From Octopus vulgaris (lineage: Eukaryota): 64,000 nucleotides of DNA. Below, in pieces: positions 1 to 12,600 of this stretch (position 1 is its first letter; the number at the start of each line of letters is the position of its first letter). The position numbers and the translations under genes were made by a program. The notes under the pieces are model-generated. The model made no database searches and was not told where the DNA came from. It saw only the letters and a program-made list of their open reading frames with translations. The DNA is taken from contig OX597818.1 in NCBI GenBank assembly GCA_951406725.2, positions 8,246,001-8,310,000 of the forward strand. Reading direction: 5' to 3'.

Positions 1-156
1 AGAAAATTCGACAAAACCTGTTACTCTGAGTTTCCCGTTGCCGTTCATCGGACAGTTTTTGCTAGCAAAACTGTTCATCGGACAGTTTTTGCTAGCAAAA
101 ACTGTCCGATGAACGGCAACGGGAAACTCAGAGTAACAGGTTTTGTCGAAATTTCT
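1..156. repeat. Near-perfect palindrome (inverted pair of a Penelope-type terminal repeat) with an internal ~28-bp direct duplication
   Basis: Bases 1-63 are the reverse complement of 94-156, centred on GCTAGC; GTTCATCGGACAGTTTTTGCTAGCAAAA occurs at 43-70 and 73-100. The element probably extends left of the window. Confidence 0.85.
102..139 (+). ncRNA. Minimal type I hammerhead-ribozyme-like motif (variant core); mirror copy on the - strand in the left arm
   Basis: Stem I CUGU (102-105)/ACAG (136-139); core CCGAUGA (106-112, U4C variant); CG-GCAA-CG stem II; GAAA (123-126); self-complementary stem III ACUC-A-GAGU; GUA cleavage triplet at 133-135. Confidence 0.55.
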
Positions 157-171
157 GCTGCTTTAAATAAA

Positions 172-204
<33 letters not shown>

Positions 205-212
<8 letters not shown>

Positions 213-708
213 AAACTGTAGTTGTGTGAGTGTCTGTCCCTTTCGATTTAGATTCCTAACTACTCCCACATTTTGCTGTGCAGTTTAACCAAAAGCGGGT
301 ATCTTATAGTCGTGATTTATATCGAGCCCGTCTGAGTAGTAGCGCGCGTCTACGATGAGTCTACGATTTTAAAAATAATTTAACATCATTTTTTATTCCA
401 TTTTAATGCATAATTTTTCGTGTGTCGATGGCGGCTGAGTTGGCGTCCATGGTCACACCTGCACCTGTTTGCTTCTCCCACTTCCCTCCCTCGTGAAGCT
501 GTGGGGAAGGGAGTGTAAGGAAATCAACGTCGTAAAGCGTTGTCAAGGAGACCAGCGTTCTTTTAGAACAACGACTTCATGGCTTGAAGACACCAAAGCA
601 GAAATGGCTAAGAAAGCCCGAATTGGCATCTATAAGGGAAGTAACTCTAAAAATGCTTATATAGTTATTTCCCTTACAAACCCGAGCAAGGCCGGGCGAT
701 ACTGCTAG
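205..708 (+). mobile_element. Non-autonomous Helitron
   Basis: Begins in a TA run with ATAAAACTGTAGTTGTGTGAGTGTCTGTCC; ends with a GC-rich hairpin (CCCGAGCAAGGCCGGG, 681-696) shortly upstream of CTAG (705-708) followed by T, the canonical Helitron 3' signature. Confidence 0.75.
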
Positions 709-849
709 TATATATATATAATTTCATTTAATTAATCAAGGAACTAAAGCCCCTTAAGGGATGCGAGCATTCTAGTTCGCCGGTTTATCCGAGCGTTCAG
801 AGAAAACAAGGTATAGGAGTTTATCACCGAAACGTATAGGCATTTAAAT

Positions 850-1163
850 ACACCTTTTTAAATAAGAAAATGAAGAAAATGCATTCAAATTTACGTACGT
901 ATGTTTATATTTAAAGATATTCATATGTGTACATATAAACTCCTACCTACAGCTGTTTCAATACACAAATCTTGAATTTCAGAATTAAAATTCCATATTC
1001 AGTAAATTGATTATATATGGAATTTTATTTCTGAAATTAATGAATTTATCATGGAAACAAATGTAGGTAGGAGTTTCTATGTATGAATTTGAATATCTTT
1101 AAATTAAAACATCTGTGCGTAAGTTGTTTATCCATTTTCGTCATTTTCTGATTTGAACAGGTT
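850..1163. repeat. Degenerate ~310-bp inverted repeat, probably a Penelope-derived head-to-head pair
   Basis: Matching arms include AAACTCCTACCTACA/TGTAGGTAGGAGTTT, ATTTAAAGATATTCA/TGAATATCTTTAAAT and AAAATTCCATAT/ATATGGAATTTT. The - strand of the left arm reads GAAACAGCTGTA, the 3' half of a PLE-type hammerhead. Confidence 0.75.
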
Positions 1164-1168
1164 TACAC

Positions 1169-1225
<57 letters not shown>

Positions 1226-1439
1226 CGTGTGTATGTGTGTGTGTGTGATTATGTATGTATATATATATACTGTAGATATGTCAAGGTAAATACATAAATA
1301 TGTATAGGATATATATATATATATATATATATTGTGTGCATATATTTGTGTGTATGTATATGTATATATGTGTATAGGTATATGTATATACAGTTTATAA
1401 AAGAGTAAACATGAAGCGCTTTTTGTATTATGAAGTTCA

Positions 1440-2060
1440 TAAGAAATAATTATATTAAGAACTCCTTGTTCCTTGCACTGAAAAAGACATCGAAATTTGG
1501 TTTTTATACCAGTGTCCAATTTGCATGAATTTTCGTACTTGTTATTTTACTTGGGATAATATATTCTTGGAGCCTGTCAAAAATGGTGCAGTGGAGTGTG
1601 CTGCTGTCAAAATTTGTATGGCGCACTGAGATACCACAACCGAATTGGTTACCGTTAATTTTATTGGTCAGTCAAATGAAATTGAGCAAATACCTTATTT
1701 TGTCTCAATAAATTATATATATATGTGGTATCCTATAGAGGAATGTGTATTATCAAGGTATATATATGGCAATAATATCATTCTATATATTCAATAACAG
1801 GCATTTTGTAAGAATTAATTATGATGTGTTCTATAGCAGGTATATATGCTGGAGAATATTTATAAATTTGAACATAAATATCTGAATAATAGATTTCAAC
1901 TATTAGCTTCAAACCTGCTGCTGCTTCACTGTTGTATCAATATGTAATAGATGACGCAGATCTTTAAAAAGTTACTAAAGAAGACACATCCGTTCTTCGT
2001 GAGGTGATTGTTGTAACATATTCTGTGATATATTTGTTTCGGAATTTAGATGTGTCTTTT
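1440..2060 (-). pseudogene. Possible heavily decayed Penelope-like RT remnant, perhaps continuing to ~3300 beyond the SINE
   Basis: Only weak motif-like traces on the - strand (resembling D..SLYTNI and GIPMG); no ORF. Confidence 0.25.
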
Positions 2061-2072
2061 TTTCACTACTAA

Positions 2073-2645
2073 TATTCTTTCCTACTCTAGGGACAAGGCC
2101 CGAAATTTTGGAGGCGGGGACCAGTCGATTAGATTGACTGCAGTACGCTACTAGTACTTAATTTATCGACCCGAAAGGATGAAAGGCAAAGTCGACTACG
2201 GCAGTATTTGAACTCAGAACGTAAAGACAGACGAAATACCTATTTCTTTACTACCGACAAGGGGCTAAACACAGAGAGGATACACAAGGACAGACTAAAG
2301 GAATTAAGTCGGTTACATCGACCCCAGTTCGTAACTGGTACTTATTTTAATCGACCCCGAAGGGATGAAAGACAAAGTCGACCTCGGCAGAATTTTAACT
2401 CAGAACGTAGCGGCAGACGAAATACCTATTTCTTTACTACCCACAAGAGGCTAAACACCGAGAGGACAAACAAGGACAGACAAACGGATTAAGTCGATTA
2501 AATCGACCCCAGTGCGTAACTGGTACTTATTTAATCGACCCCGAAAGTCGACCTTGGCGGAATTTGAACTCAGAACGTAACGGCAGACGAAATACTGCTA
2601 GGCATTTAGCCCGGCGTTCTAACGCTTCTGCCAGCTCGCTGCATT
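2073..2645 (-). mobile_element. tRNA-derived SINE with Meta-like core; concatemer of head + 2 A-units + terminal B-unit
   Basis: A-box-like GAGCTGGCAGAA..GTTAG, B-box-like GAGTTCAAATTC, core GCCTTTCATCCTTTCGGGGTCGATAAATTAAGTACCAG; units joined by AAAGAAATA|GGTATTTCG. Confidence 0.85.
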
Positions 2646-3539
2646 TCACCTGGTTTTCTAACGTTCCTGCCAGCTCACCGACTTCCACAACTCTTCCACA
2701 ACTATCGTTATAACTACAAATTAGTTATCCCGAAATGCAGAGTATTAGCATGAGTATGTCGTAATTAATGTTTAGATTTAGATGTTATGCATACTGGTTG
2801 AGTTTTCAGTGATTCTTCAAGTAACGGAAACACGGTTAATCTAACTTTTGTATTGCTATGCACCATTACGAGTAATTAGCTATCCCACTTTTTCAGATAC
2901 TTTACACATTCACTTCATAATAACTAACGTTTCAGCTGCATGATTATATTTAAATTCCAATCAAGATCGTTAACGGCTTCACTTCGTGGTTGAACTTGTC
3001 ATATTATTTGGGTTTTAAGTCTTATATCATGTTGCTCTTCTGCGTTTTGTTGTCTATAAATAAATTCTTGCAATTGAAGTCTTCTTTTCCATTGTTCAGA
3101 ATGTTCGTGTTGTATTTGAGTAGCCTAAATTTCTCTATATCTTTTTGTGGCTAGCAGTAGAGTTTCCCAAAATATTTTACGGTCTTTGAGTACTGTAATT
3201 TATTTGTCTTTGATACCAAGTATTACGCTCATCTCTTTTAGCTACTCTGTATCCTCCGATTCTTTTGCGGCAGAAGACTTTCCATTTCTTAGGCGGCATA
3301 CTCACATGTAACAGCAAGCAATAATTAACTATAATTACTTAGTAATTGAGTGAGGAAATCTAGCAAAACAATTTAAAGAAAGATGTTTATGAAAACATTA
3401 GATTGGCAGCAAATCTCTAAGTTCTCTAATAGAATTTTACGCTCGACTTAAGAAGTTGCCAGAAAAATAAAGATTTTTGGTAAACGTACTATGTTGATAA
3501 AATGTAGTATGACATATATTAATTAGAGAAGTTTAAATA

Positions 3540-3925
3540 GGTTTCAAATGTTCACATAATGCCAGCAATTTCAGGGGAAAGTTGATTCCATCAACACCAG
3601 TGCGTAACTGGTAATTATTTAATCGACCCCGAAAGGATGAAATGCAAAGCCGACCTCGGCGTAATTTGAACTCAGAACGTAAAGGCAGATGAAATACCTA
3701 TTTTTTACTACCCACAAGGGGCTGAACAAAGAGGGGACAAAAAAGGAAAGACAAACAGATTAAGTCGATTACATCGTCCCCAGAGCGTAACTGGTACATA
3801 ATTTATCGACCACAAAAGGATGAAAGGCAAAGTCGACCACGGCGGAATTTGAACTCAGAACGTAGCGGCAGACGAAATGCCACTAAGCAATTCACCCGGC
3901 ATGCTAACGATTCTGCCAGCTCGCT
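3540..3925 (-). mobile_element. Same SINE family; head + 1 A-unit + B-unit
   Basis: Same head and core as 2073-2645, with a slightly degenerate copy of the same junction near 3690-3705. Confidence 0.8.
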
Positions 3926-6900
3926 GTACTCAGAAAATCATTATACCGGAGAGAAAAAATTCAAGTCGTTTCAAACAAAAGTTAAACAAACGAACAAAAA
4001 TCGAAATAATAGTATTCTTTAATTTGCAATTGTAAATAAGCTGTTCGCCTGAAACTATAGGAAACGTATCATCTTCTAAAGGTGAAAATATCAGTTTTGC
4101 GGGGTTTCCTATATCAAGGACACGAACAATCACACATCCTCGCACGCATATTTATAAATAAGCTAAACACACACACACACACAGAGTTATCTATGAGCTC
4201 AAGCAAGTTGACTCTATAGACAAATGAGTGGAATGAAGAAACATATCTAAGAGAAGGAAGAAGTGAGATATGAAACCAGTGAGGTAGGAAAACGAAGTAA
4301 AATAAAGACATCCATAGAATATAACTGACAGAAAAGAGAGAGAGGAAATGTACAAAAATTACAGAGAAAATATGGTTTAGAGTGTGGGTGTTAGAGAGTG
4401 TGTGAATGGAAAATGAAAGTTTTGGTGAAGACACAGCAAAGAATGTGAGAATATATGGCTATGCTAGAGATAAATGATCGGAAGAAAAGAAAGAATGGAG
4501 GATGGGGGAAATATAGACGTGAGTAGAAAAGCTGAAAAGGGATACGGAATAGAAATTATCATGAAAATTAGAATCAGATACGAAAATGTAAATAAAAATA
4601 TGGTAAGATAGATCGATACATAGATGGGCAGATATATATAAAAATTTGCATCGAACTTTCTATCTATCAATTTATCTATTTATCTCTCAGGCAGCAGACA
4701 CACATACATGCATACATACATTATGAGATAGAGAGTCAGCGTTAGGGTGAAAGAGGGAGATAAAGAGAGAGAAACAAAGAGTGAGTGAGAAATAAGATTA
4801 GAGATGTAGATATAGAGAAGACGACTACCGATATATACAAAGATACTCAAACAAATTCATACAGACAGAAGATACATGGTAGAGGGGGAAGGCATAAAAT
4901 TATATAATGCCTTTTAAATATCTCGCAAACATTTTCTCTAAGAACAGTTGGTGAGAGGGCAAAATTCCAAGGAAAGAAGAAAACGAGTATTTTTCTTCCT
5001 TTTGTTCGGAAAAAAATTGCAAATAGTGTGAGAAATGGGACGTGTTTATGTTAAGACTGAAGAAATAATGTGTACGAAAACATTGAATTTTGTAGTTTTA
5101 TTCACCATCTTGAATTTTATGAGCTTTTTATTTTTTCCATAATTTTCCGTTTCAGAGTTTTTATTAATATTTTGTTGTTTTCATATTACTAAAGCTTACA
5201 CACCAATATTGAATAATCAAAGAATTGATAGTGAACAGATAATACATTTTCCTTTTTTTTATCTTTTCATATAACCATTATCTTCTGAGCTTTCATCTTA
5301 TAATACAGTTCTCAGGACACATACACAAATCAGAATAAAAGAAATATGTCAATAAAAAGAAACAGTATTGCCAGAGAGCTGCTGGGTGATGCACGATATT
5401 ATAGCTAGAAAGAAATAACAAACTCAGACCAAAAAAGAAATCAGTATGTATTTGTATTTTCCTTAGAAAAGGCGGAAGCATTGAAAATTTCCATTCTGTT
5501 CCCCATCATTAATTTTCTGTATATTTTTTCATTTATAGTTCAGTGTGAGTGTGGTGAGTGTGTGCTATTTTATTATTTAGTTTCGAAATTAAGCCAAGTT
5601 TGTGCAACGCTCTAGAGCATTTCAGAATGGACGGATGGATGGTGGACAGAAATATTTTCTTGCCCGTATCATCACCACTACAGTCTGATGAACAATGCAA
5701 GAAGAAAGGTTGAAGTGACCATACATAGTTTTGTGTAACGTACACGTCCCTTTCAGATGGTCTTTAATAAACATAAACCCTGAAAGCTTGGTCTAGATCG
5801 AAAATGGAAAGAGGGTAAAAGAAATAATCAAGTAACTAATGCACGTGAGCAAGAGAGAGAGAGAGAGAGGGGAGAGGGAGAGGGAGAGGGAGAGAGAGAG
5901 GTGGAAGAAGAGAATGGATATGGGTTAATATCAAAGCAATCATATTATTTTCTTTGATCTTAAGGGTTAGCTTCAACTAGTATCATAAAAAAAACATGCA
6001 ATGCAACAACGTTACACGGAAAAATACAGTCACAAAAATAAGTCTATTCATGAGATCTAAAAATGTTTACAACCGCAAAAAGCACATATGCGAATCGTAT
6101 TTGAATACATATTTATAACCATCGAATATATATTATTGAGCCTGTCTATGGTAAACAGAATATTCATGTATTTACATGCAATTTAGTCATCTATGATTAT
6201 TGGATAAAGAAGAAAGTAACACACGCACGAACACAAACACACATACATACAATATACATTCAGGAAAAGTGTGTTCAGACATCAGAAAACAAATTCGGCG
6301 ATATGACTAACAAAATGATTTTTACATAGTCTAAAAACGGAATACAATATAGAAAGAGTAAGAAATGAAAACTTATTTGAAACCCCACATCATGTTTTTT
6401 TTTGTTGCTATTTTCTTGTTTGGCAGTCATATATTTGAAATGTATTAGGGAAGGTTGGGCTATATTAAGTCCATATTTGATGTACAAAACAGACCAGTGT
6501 CGCATACTGTAATCATGCAGTGACATACACATTAGAAATAAATACCAGTATCCCGATGTCATCAACATCACCTCCAATATAGGTTTAAAGTCAGCCAAGT
6601 AGCTAACAAAGAATTGACCAGCCTCGAACGGCTAGAAATAGTAGCTAATTCTACCTCCAAGTACGACACGTTTTTCAACTGATAACGTCTATATTATCAA
6701 TATTCAAAAATCATGCTTTTTTAAGTGTCAACAGTTAAAAAAATTGCAATTTTCTTGCATGCATGCCGAGACATGCGGACACTCATCAACACATGCACAC
6801 AGGTGAATCCCTTGTATTCACACGCACTCGCATGCGCGCGCACACATATGCATATACACACTCATTTCCAACTCAACATAAGTTAATTTTATTTTACCTG

Positions 6901-8029
6901 TCACTTCGTTTGTTCAAATTGCTCCCATTTTAATCTTGGGACCCCTTCCACTCAGTGTTTGCGTTTCTATCTATCTTCATCTTTCTGTCACATTTTCTCT
7001 TACCTTACATTTTTTCTTGTTTGGCGATCATATATTTGAGAGTGTCATCTCTGTGGATACTTTCCCTTCAGCTCATCACTGGAAACTACCACCTGCTTTC
7101 ACGCTCTGGCCTCTGAACTTCCTCATTTTAATTGGCTTAGTGAACAAGGCAATTTTTCTTTTTTTATGCATACTTCAAGGTAATTTCCGAACACTCGTTC
7201 ACTTTCTCACTTTTCCTTTTTGCAAATTATTTATCGTAGTACTGGCGTATGTTTTGTTTTATTTTTATTTTAAAATGCTATTTTTGTTCTGTCCAAATAC
7301 TAAAACTTATCCATATCCTGATTTTGTGTTTTCTCTCCCCTGGTCACTAAGAATTTACTGTATATTTATATACTTCCAGTCTTTTCTTATTCGTTTCCAC
7401 TGTATCAGTTTCCTAATGACGGTATGCGATACTTGTTGACGCCAGAGGGCTGGTTTCGTTTCTAATGCACCAAAACACTGAAAAACCTCTGGGTTGATAC
7501 TTGATGAGTTATATTCTGTTTGTTATGGTCTGACCGTTTATGTATTTTCTTTCATTTTAGATACTGATACAAGCAACATCATGTCCTCACACCATGCTAT
7601 ATAGATTATATTGAATATTCGCTTACATATGGATCTAAACCTCGTTGATTCAAAATTCAGCCTAAGCTTATGATCAGATGAAAGCCATTGAAAGAAATTG
7701 ATGAGCTGCTTTTTGGGATAAAAATTTATATATGCATCTCGCATATGTGTTTAGTTCTCAACAGGACATTATCACTCTGTGATGTTTCGCTCCTGTGGGA
7801 TAGCGTATCATCATACGCTGCATATACAGACTGTGAATACCATATATAATCATTCTCATACGTATTTACCACAATTCACACTTCGTCGGAGCCGCAAAAA
7901 AAAAAAAAAAAACGAGGAAAGGGCATCCCATATGGAATGCCATGAAGATCACACAATACTAAACCTGTTGGGCAATGGGGTAAAACTATTGTGTTGTCAT
8001 TTTGTAAAGTATTAATAGCAGGTAAAAGT

Positions 8030-8200
8030 GATGAACTTCTCGAGGAAACACCGGATGTCAATGAACATCAAATGGCTGGCCCAATCCAGAGGGTTTTCAT
8101 TGGACCCATAAATTATCAGCTATGGCATCATAATGTGACTGAGAAGTATTGGTTGCTGCAGGTAAACTTTGGACGTGTCGTCAGCCGAGACCTTCCAAGA
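8030..8200 (+). pseudogene. Possible Tc1/maT transposase C-terminal remnant
   Basis: WP...(D)PINYQLW..TEK resembles WPPxSPDLNPLDYxLW; no TIRs recognised. Confidence 0.2.
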
Positions 8201-8795
8201 TACGGATGGTGTAACGGAAGTGTTCTGCATCACCTCACCTGATACACAAACATTGATCATAGGATGAGATATGCAGGACATCTGCTATCACGCGCAGGCT
8301 GATTTCGTCTATCAGCTACGTCCATTGTAGAGATAATCCTGCCATATTTCTTTGGGTGTCCGTGGCGGAAAAGATTTATAGATATTTTACGACTGAAATC
8401 AAACACTTCTTCATTCCTTCAAGACCTTACTAACTTCCTCATGTTTCAGCTGAAGGAAAAGTTGCTCCTTAGCTAATTTCTTGTATTGTAATAAACATGA
8501 TCCGAGTAAAGCATGAACCATAGATTGCAGTAGAAACCTGGGAAGAACAATTTCATTTTGGATCCGATTCCCCGTTGTCTTCATGGGTTTTCCAAGTTTA
8601 TCTCGTGGCTATATACTCCGCTTGGGAAAGCTTTTTTTTGATTTTTTTTATTTATCCTTTTCTAATCATTTGTATATAATCCGGATGTTTTCATCCTGAA
8701 TTGTCCTCGATCATAGTGAGTTATTTAACTTGAGAATATATAGCTTCTCTTGTGATGAATTATGGTATCATTATAATTAATATTATTATTATTAA

Positions 8796-9015
8796 AGGCG
8801 ACGAGCTGGCAGAACCGTTAGCACGCCGGGCAAAATGCGTAGATGTATTTCGTCTGCCGTTACGTTCTGAGTTCAAATTCCGCCGCGGTCGACTTTGCGG
8901 GGTCGATAAATTAAGTACCAGTTACGCACTGGGGTCGATGTAATCGACTTAATCCGTTTGTCTGTCCTTGTTTGCCCCCTCTATGTTTAGCCTCTTGTGG
9001 GTAATAAAGAAACAA
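8796..9015 (+). mobile_element. Same SINE family; A-type monomer with a small internal deletion
   Basis: GGCGACGAGCTGGCAGAACCGTTAGC head, GAGTTCAAATTC box, tail TTTAGCCTCTTGTGGGTAATAAAGAAA; lies next to ATT repeats. Confidence 0.85.
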
Positions 9016-9619
9016 ATTATTATAATTTTACTTGCAATCTGCATGTTTGTTACAGTCACAAGTTGGCGTTCACAAATCTACCGTAGATATATTTTTCCTT
9101 CCTTGTTTTTCGTTTTTTGTTTATTTCTTGTTTTTTGTGTTCTTTACTTACATATTTTGAAGTTGATGACGCCGACCTTCTTCGAGTGTTTCAACAGCGG
9201 CTCCACGGCATTTTTTATAAACCACACTAGGCTTACGTTTGCTTCGATGCAGTCCTGGCAATTAATCAAACCTTTCCCACGCTTTGTTTCGGTATCATTC
9301 TAGAGTGGAAGTCTTCGTGTACTGTCAACATATTTCTGGTCTAGGTATCAGGTTTTTTCCATTTCTCTCTGTTGCAATTTTATAATTCCCGCTTCATACC
9401 GAAGTGATATTATTACTCACGTAATAACTGCTTAGAATTTATTCCCTCTAGTCAAATTCAAGCGCAACAACTAGCTCAGTCTTTCGGAAATACTCCGTTC
9501 TCAGTTGATCTTTCATTTCCTTTTCCATTATCTCGTTGCACTGTAATACTCAAAGGTATTTGTATCCTTCCGTTTCAAATACCTTGGTGTACTAGCGAAT
9601 TATTATTATTATTATTATT

Positions 9620-12600
9620 CTATGTTTGACTTTTGCTTTATGTCTGTACAAGTTGGCTCCAAGTCTCACCCAGAGACCTCAAGAAACAACAGGTGGGAAG
9701 TTCACGTTGTTGTTATGCCTAGTGTGCCAAATATTTGGGTTTTTTTTCTTTTGGTGTTGTACTAGTGAATGTCTAAAACATAAATTTAAAAGTAAAAAAA
9801 AGTTTGTTTTAAACCTTGGCATTACATAGAGAGTATTTTGCGTAGGATATGAGCAGTTCCCATGAGCTCTATCTTTTGAATTTCTGCCATTTTGGGGTTT
9901 CCTGGTATCTGAGTTAGGTAGCAATCAGCCCTTTTCGCTATCATTCCCAGGGCACCTATGACAACAGGTATTGTTTTAGTCTTCAAGTTCCACATTTTGT
10001 TGACAGATACGTTTATATCGATTGGGACAGTCATATCAATGAGGAGGCATGTTCTTTGTCTGAAGTCTTTCAATATAATGTCTGGCCTATTTGCATCTAT
10101 CTTCCTGTCAGTTTGAATGGTGAAGTTCCAGAGGAGTGAGATGTGGTCATTTTCAAGCACTGGAGGTGGATTGTGTTCCCACCAGTTTTTTTCATGGGGC
10201 AAATCCAGGCTTTTGAAAATTACCAGTGAATATATTGTGCAGCTCTATCATGCCTGCTGAGGTACTCTGTAGGCGCTAGAAGACTGCATTCGGAGACAAC
10301 ATGATCAATGGTTTCATTTTGTTGTCGGCATACACGACATGTTGGGCTACTGCCGGTCTTTAATATGTTGGCCTGGTAGTTTCTTATTGGTAGGCATTGA
10401 TCTTGAGCTGCTATGATGAACCCTTCTGTTTCAGATTTTAAGCCAGAGGCCATTAGCCATTGATGGGTCAAGGCTTTGTCAATATCTGCATTATTCGCTT
10501 TCTTTAGGTATTTGCCATAGAGAGGTTTTTCTTGCCATTTATTATTCAGAATGTCTAAGGCCGCAATTTTGGCACGGGTTTTCATGCGCCTAGCTTTTTC
10601 TGTGCTTGTTACTTGTATGTCTATCTCTAATTCCGAAATTTGCTGTATTCGGAATTCACTTAGATATTCCTTTGCCCGATTTGTTACTGAGTATGCTGCT
10701 TTCTTGTTTTCATCTTTTGAGGTGTCTAGGCCAATTGTAGCAATCTTCATTGTTATTGCCAGTTGCAAAAGACCACGGCCTCCCTCTTTTCTTGGCAGAT
10801 AAAGTCGTTCTGTATCTGCCTGAGGGTGGTGCATTCTATGCATTGTCAACGGTTTTCTTATTTTTCTGTCCAGCTGACATATTTCAGTAATTGACTAGTT
10901 AACGATATTGAAACTGTAAGTCACGACTGGTATGGCTAATGCATTGATCGCTTCGATCCTGTTTCTTGCATTCAGCTCTGTCTTGAGTAATGCGCTCACT
11001 CTTCGATAGCATTCTCTCCTGATCCTTTCCTTCATCTCTGAATGCCTTATTCCGTTCCCTTCAATTACCCCTAGGTACTTGTAGCTCTCCGCTGGGTCTA
11101 GTTCTTTTATGACATTCTGCTGGTCAAGGTTAACGTTAGATGTTTCTGTCATTTTTCCTTTGATAAAGGTAGCTTTTGCACATTTATCGAGGCCGAATTG
11201 CATTCTGATGTCGTCACTGAATTGTTTGACTATCGCTAGTAAGCCCTTGAGTTGTTGGTCATTTTTTGCAAAAAGCTTTAAATCATCCATGTAAATGAAA
11301 TGATTTATATTTTTATCAAACATTTTATACCCGTACTGTGCGTCATTGAGCAGTTTTGAGGGAGGTATTAAGGCTAAACAAAAGAGGAGTGGTGACAGTG
11401 AGTCACCCTGGAAAATGCCACACGAAATTTTCACATCACCAGCATTTAGGGATTCATTGTTACTGTTCAGAGTTAGTGTCGTACTCCATGATCTCATACT
11501 TACAGTCAAAAGTTTCGCAGAGTAGGTGTTATCTTATACATTTCCAGGCATTTCCTAATTCAGCTATGTGGTAGGCTATCAAAAGCCTTTTTATAGTCTA
11601 TCCAGGCTATTGATAAGTTTTTGTGTCATTTGTGACAATCTTCTAAGATCATTTTATTGATGAGTAGTTGATCTTTACAGCCGTAGGATCCACGTTTACA
11701 TCCTTTCTGTTCATTAGGGAATATGTTGCTGTCTGTTAAAAAACTATAAGTATATTCCGTCAGGACAGATGTTAGCGTTTTGTACATAGTTGCTAAGCAG
11801 GTTATGGGTCTATAGTTTTTTGGTTCATTTGTTTCTTTACTTTTTGGAAGCAGGAATGTTAACCCATTAACAAGCCAAGGAGGCATCCTACTAGGGTGTT
11901 TCAAAACATTGTACAGTTCTGTTAGCAGATCATGGCTCTCTGGGAGGGCATTCAGCCAGAAGTTAGGAATTTTATCCTTTCCTGGAGACTTCCATTTGCT
12001 TGACCTCATGAGAGCAGATCTTATATCTTCTACCGTGACACCCTCCCACTTTTGCACTTCTAAGGGGTCCATTTCTGTAGATATTCTGTCAATCCAGGGG
12101 GCCTTTTCGTTGTGTGTTTTTTCTTCTGCCCAAATTTTATTCCAAAATCCCTGCACTTCTTTTGATGGTACAGACTTTATAGTAAACGCTGTTTTTCCTA
12201 TCTTCCTGTAAAAATTCTTGGGGTTATCTTTGAACATGTTGTTGTCCTTGAAAACTCTAATACGCTTTTCATACCTTGCTATGCGGGCAGCTTTGGCAGA
12301 TACCTTTTGTTTGATGGTTTCTATGGTGGCATCAATATCAAGTATAGTTCTCATATTGTATTTTTTCCGCGATTTTGGGGTTTTTGTAGGTTTGGTATTC
12401 TTGTGAACCCTAAGGTTTTTCAAATATTCAATGTCAGATCTAAATAGTTTAATTTGTTGTTGCAGACACTCTTGCCAAGAAGGCTTTTTGTGGAAATGTT
12501 GCCGTTTTCTAATCTTTACACCACATAGGATCGTTGAGATTTTCGCGGATGCATAGTGTACGTGGTTGAGATTTGTGATATCAACATCATTAGCTGAAAT

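Noticed and set aside
6936-7439. 167-aa hydrophobic ORF as a membrane protein
   Set aside because: Non-ATG start in T-rich low-complexity sequence with no recognisable domain.
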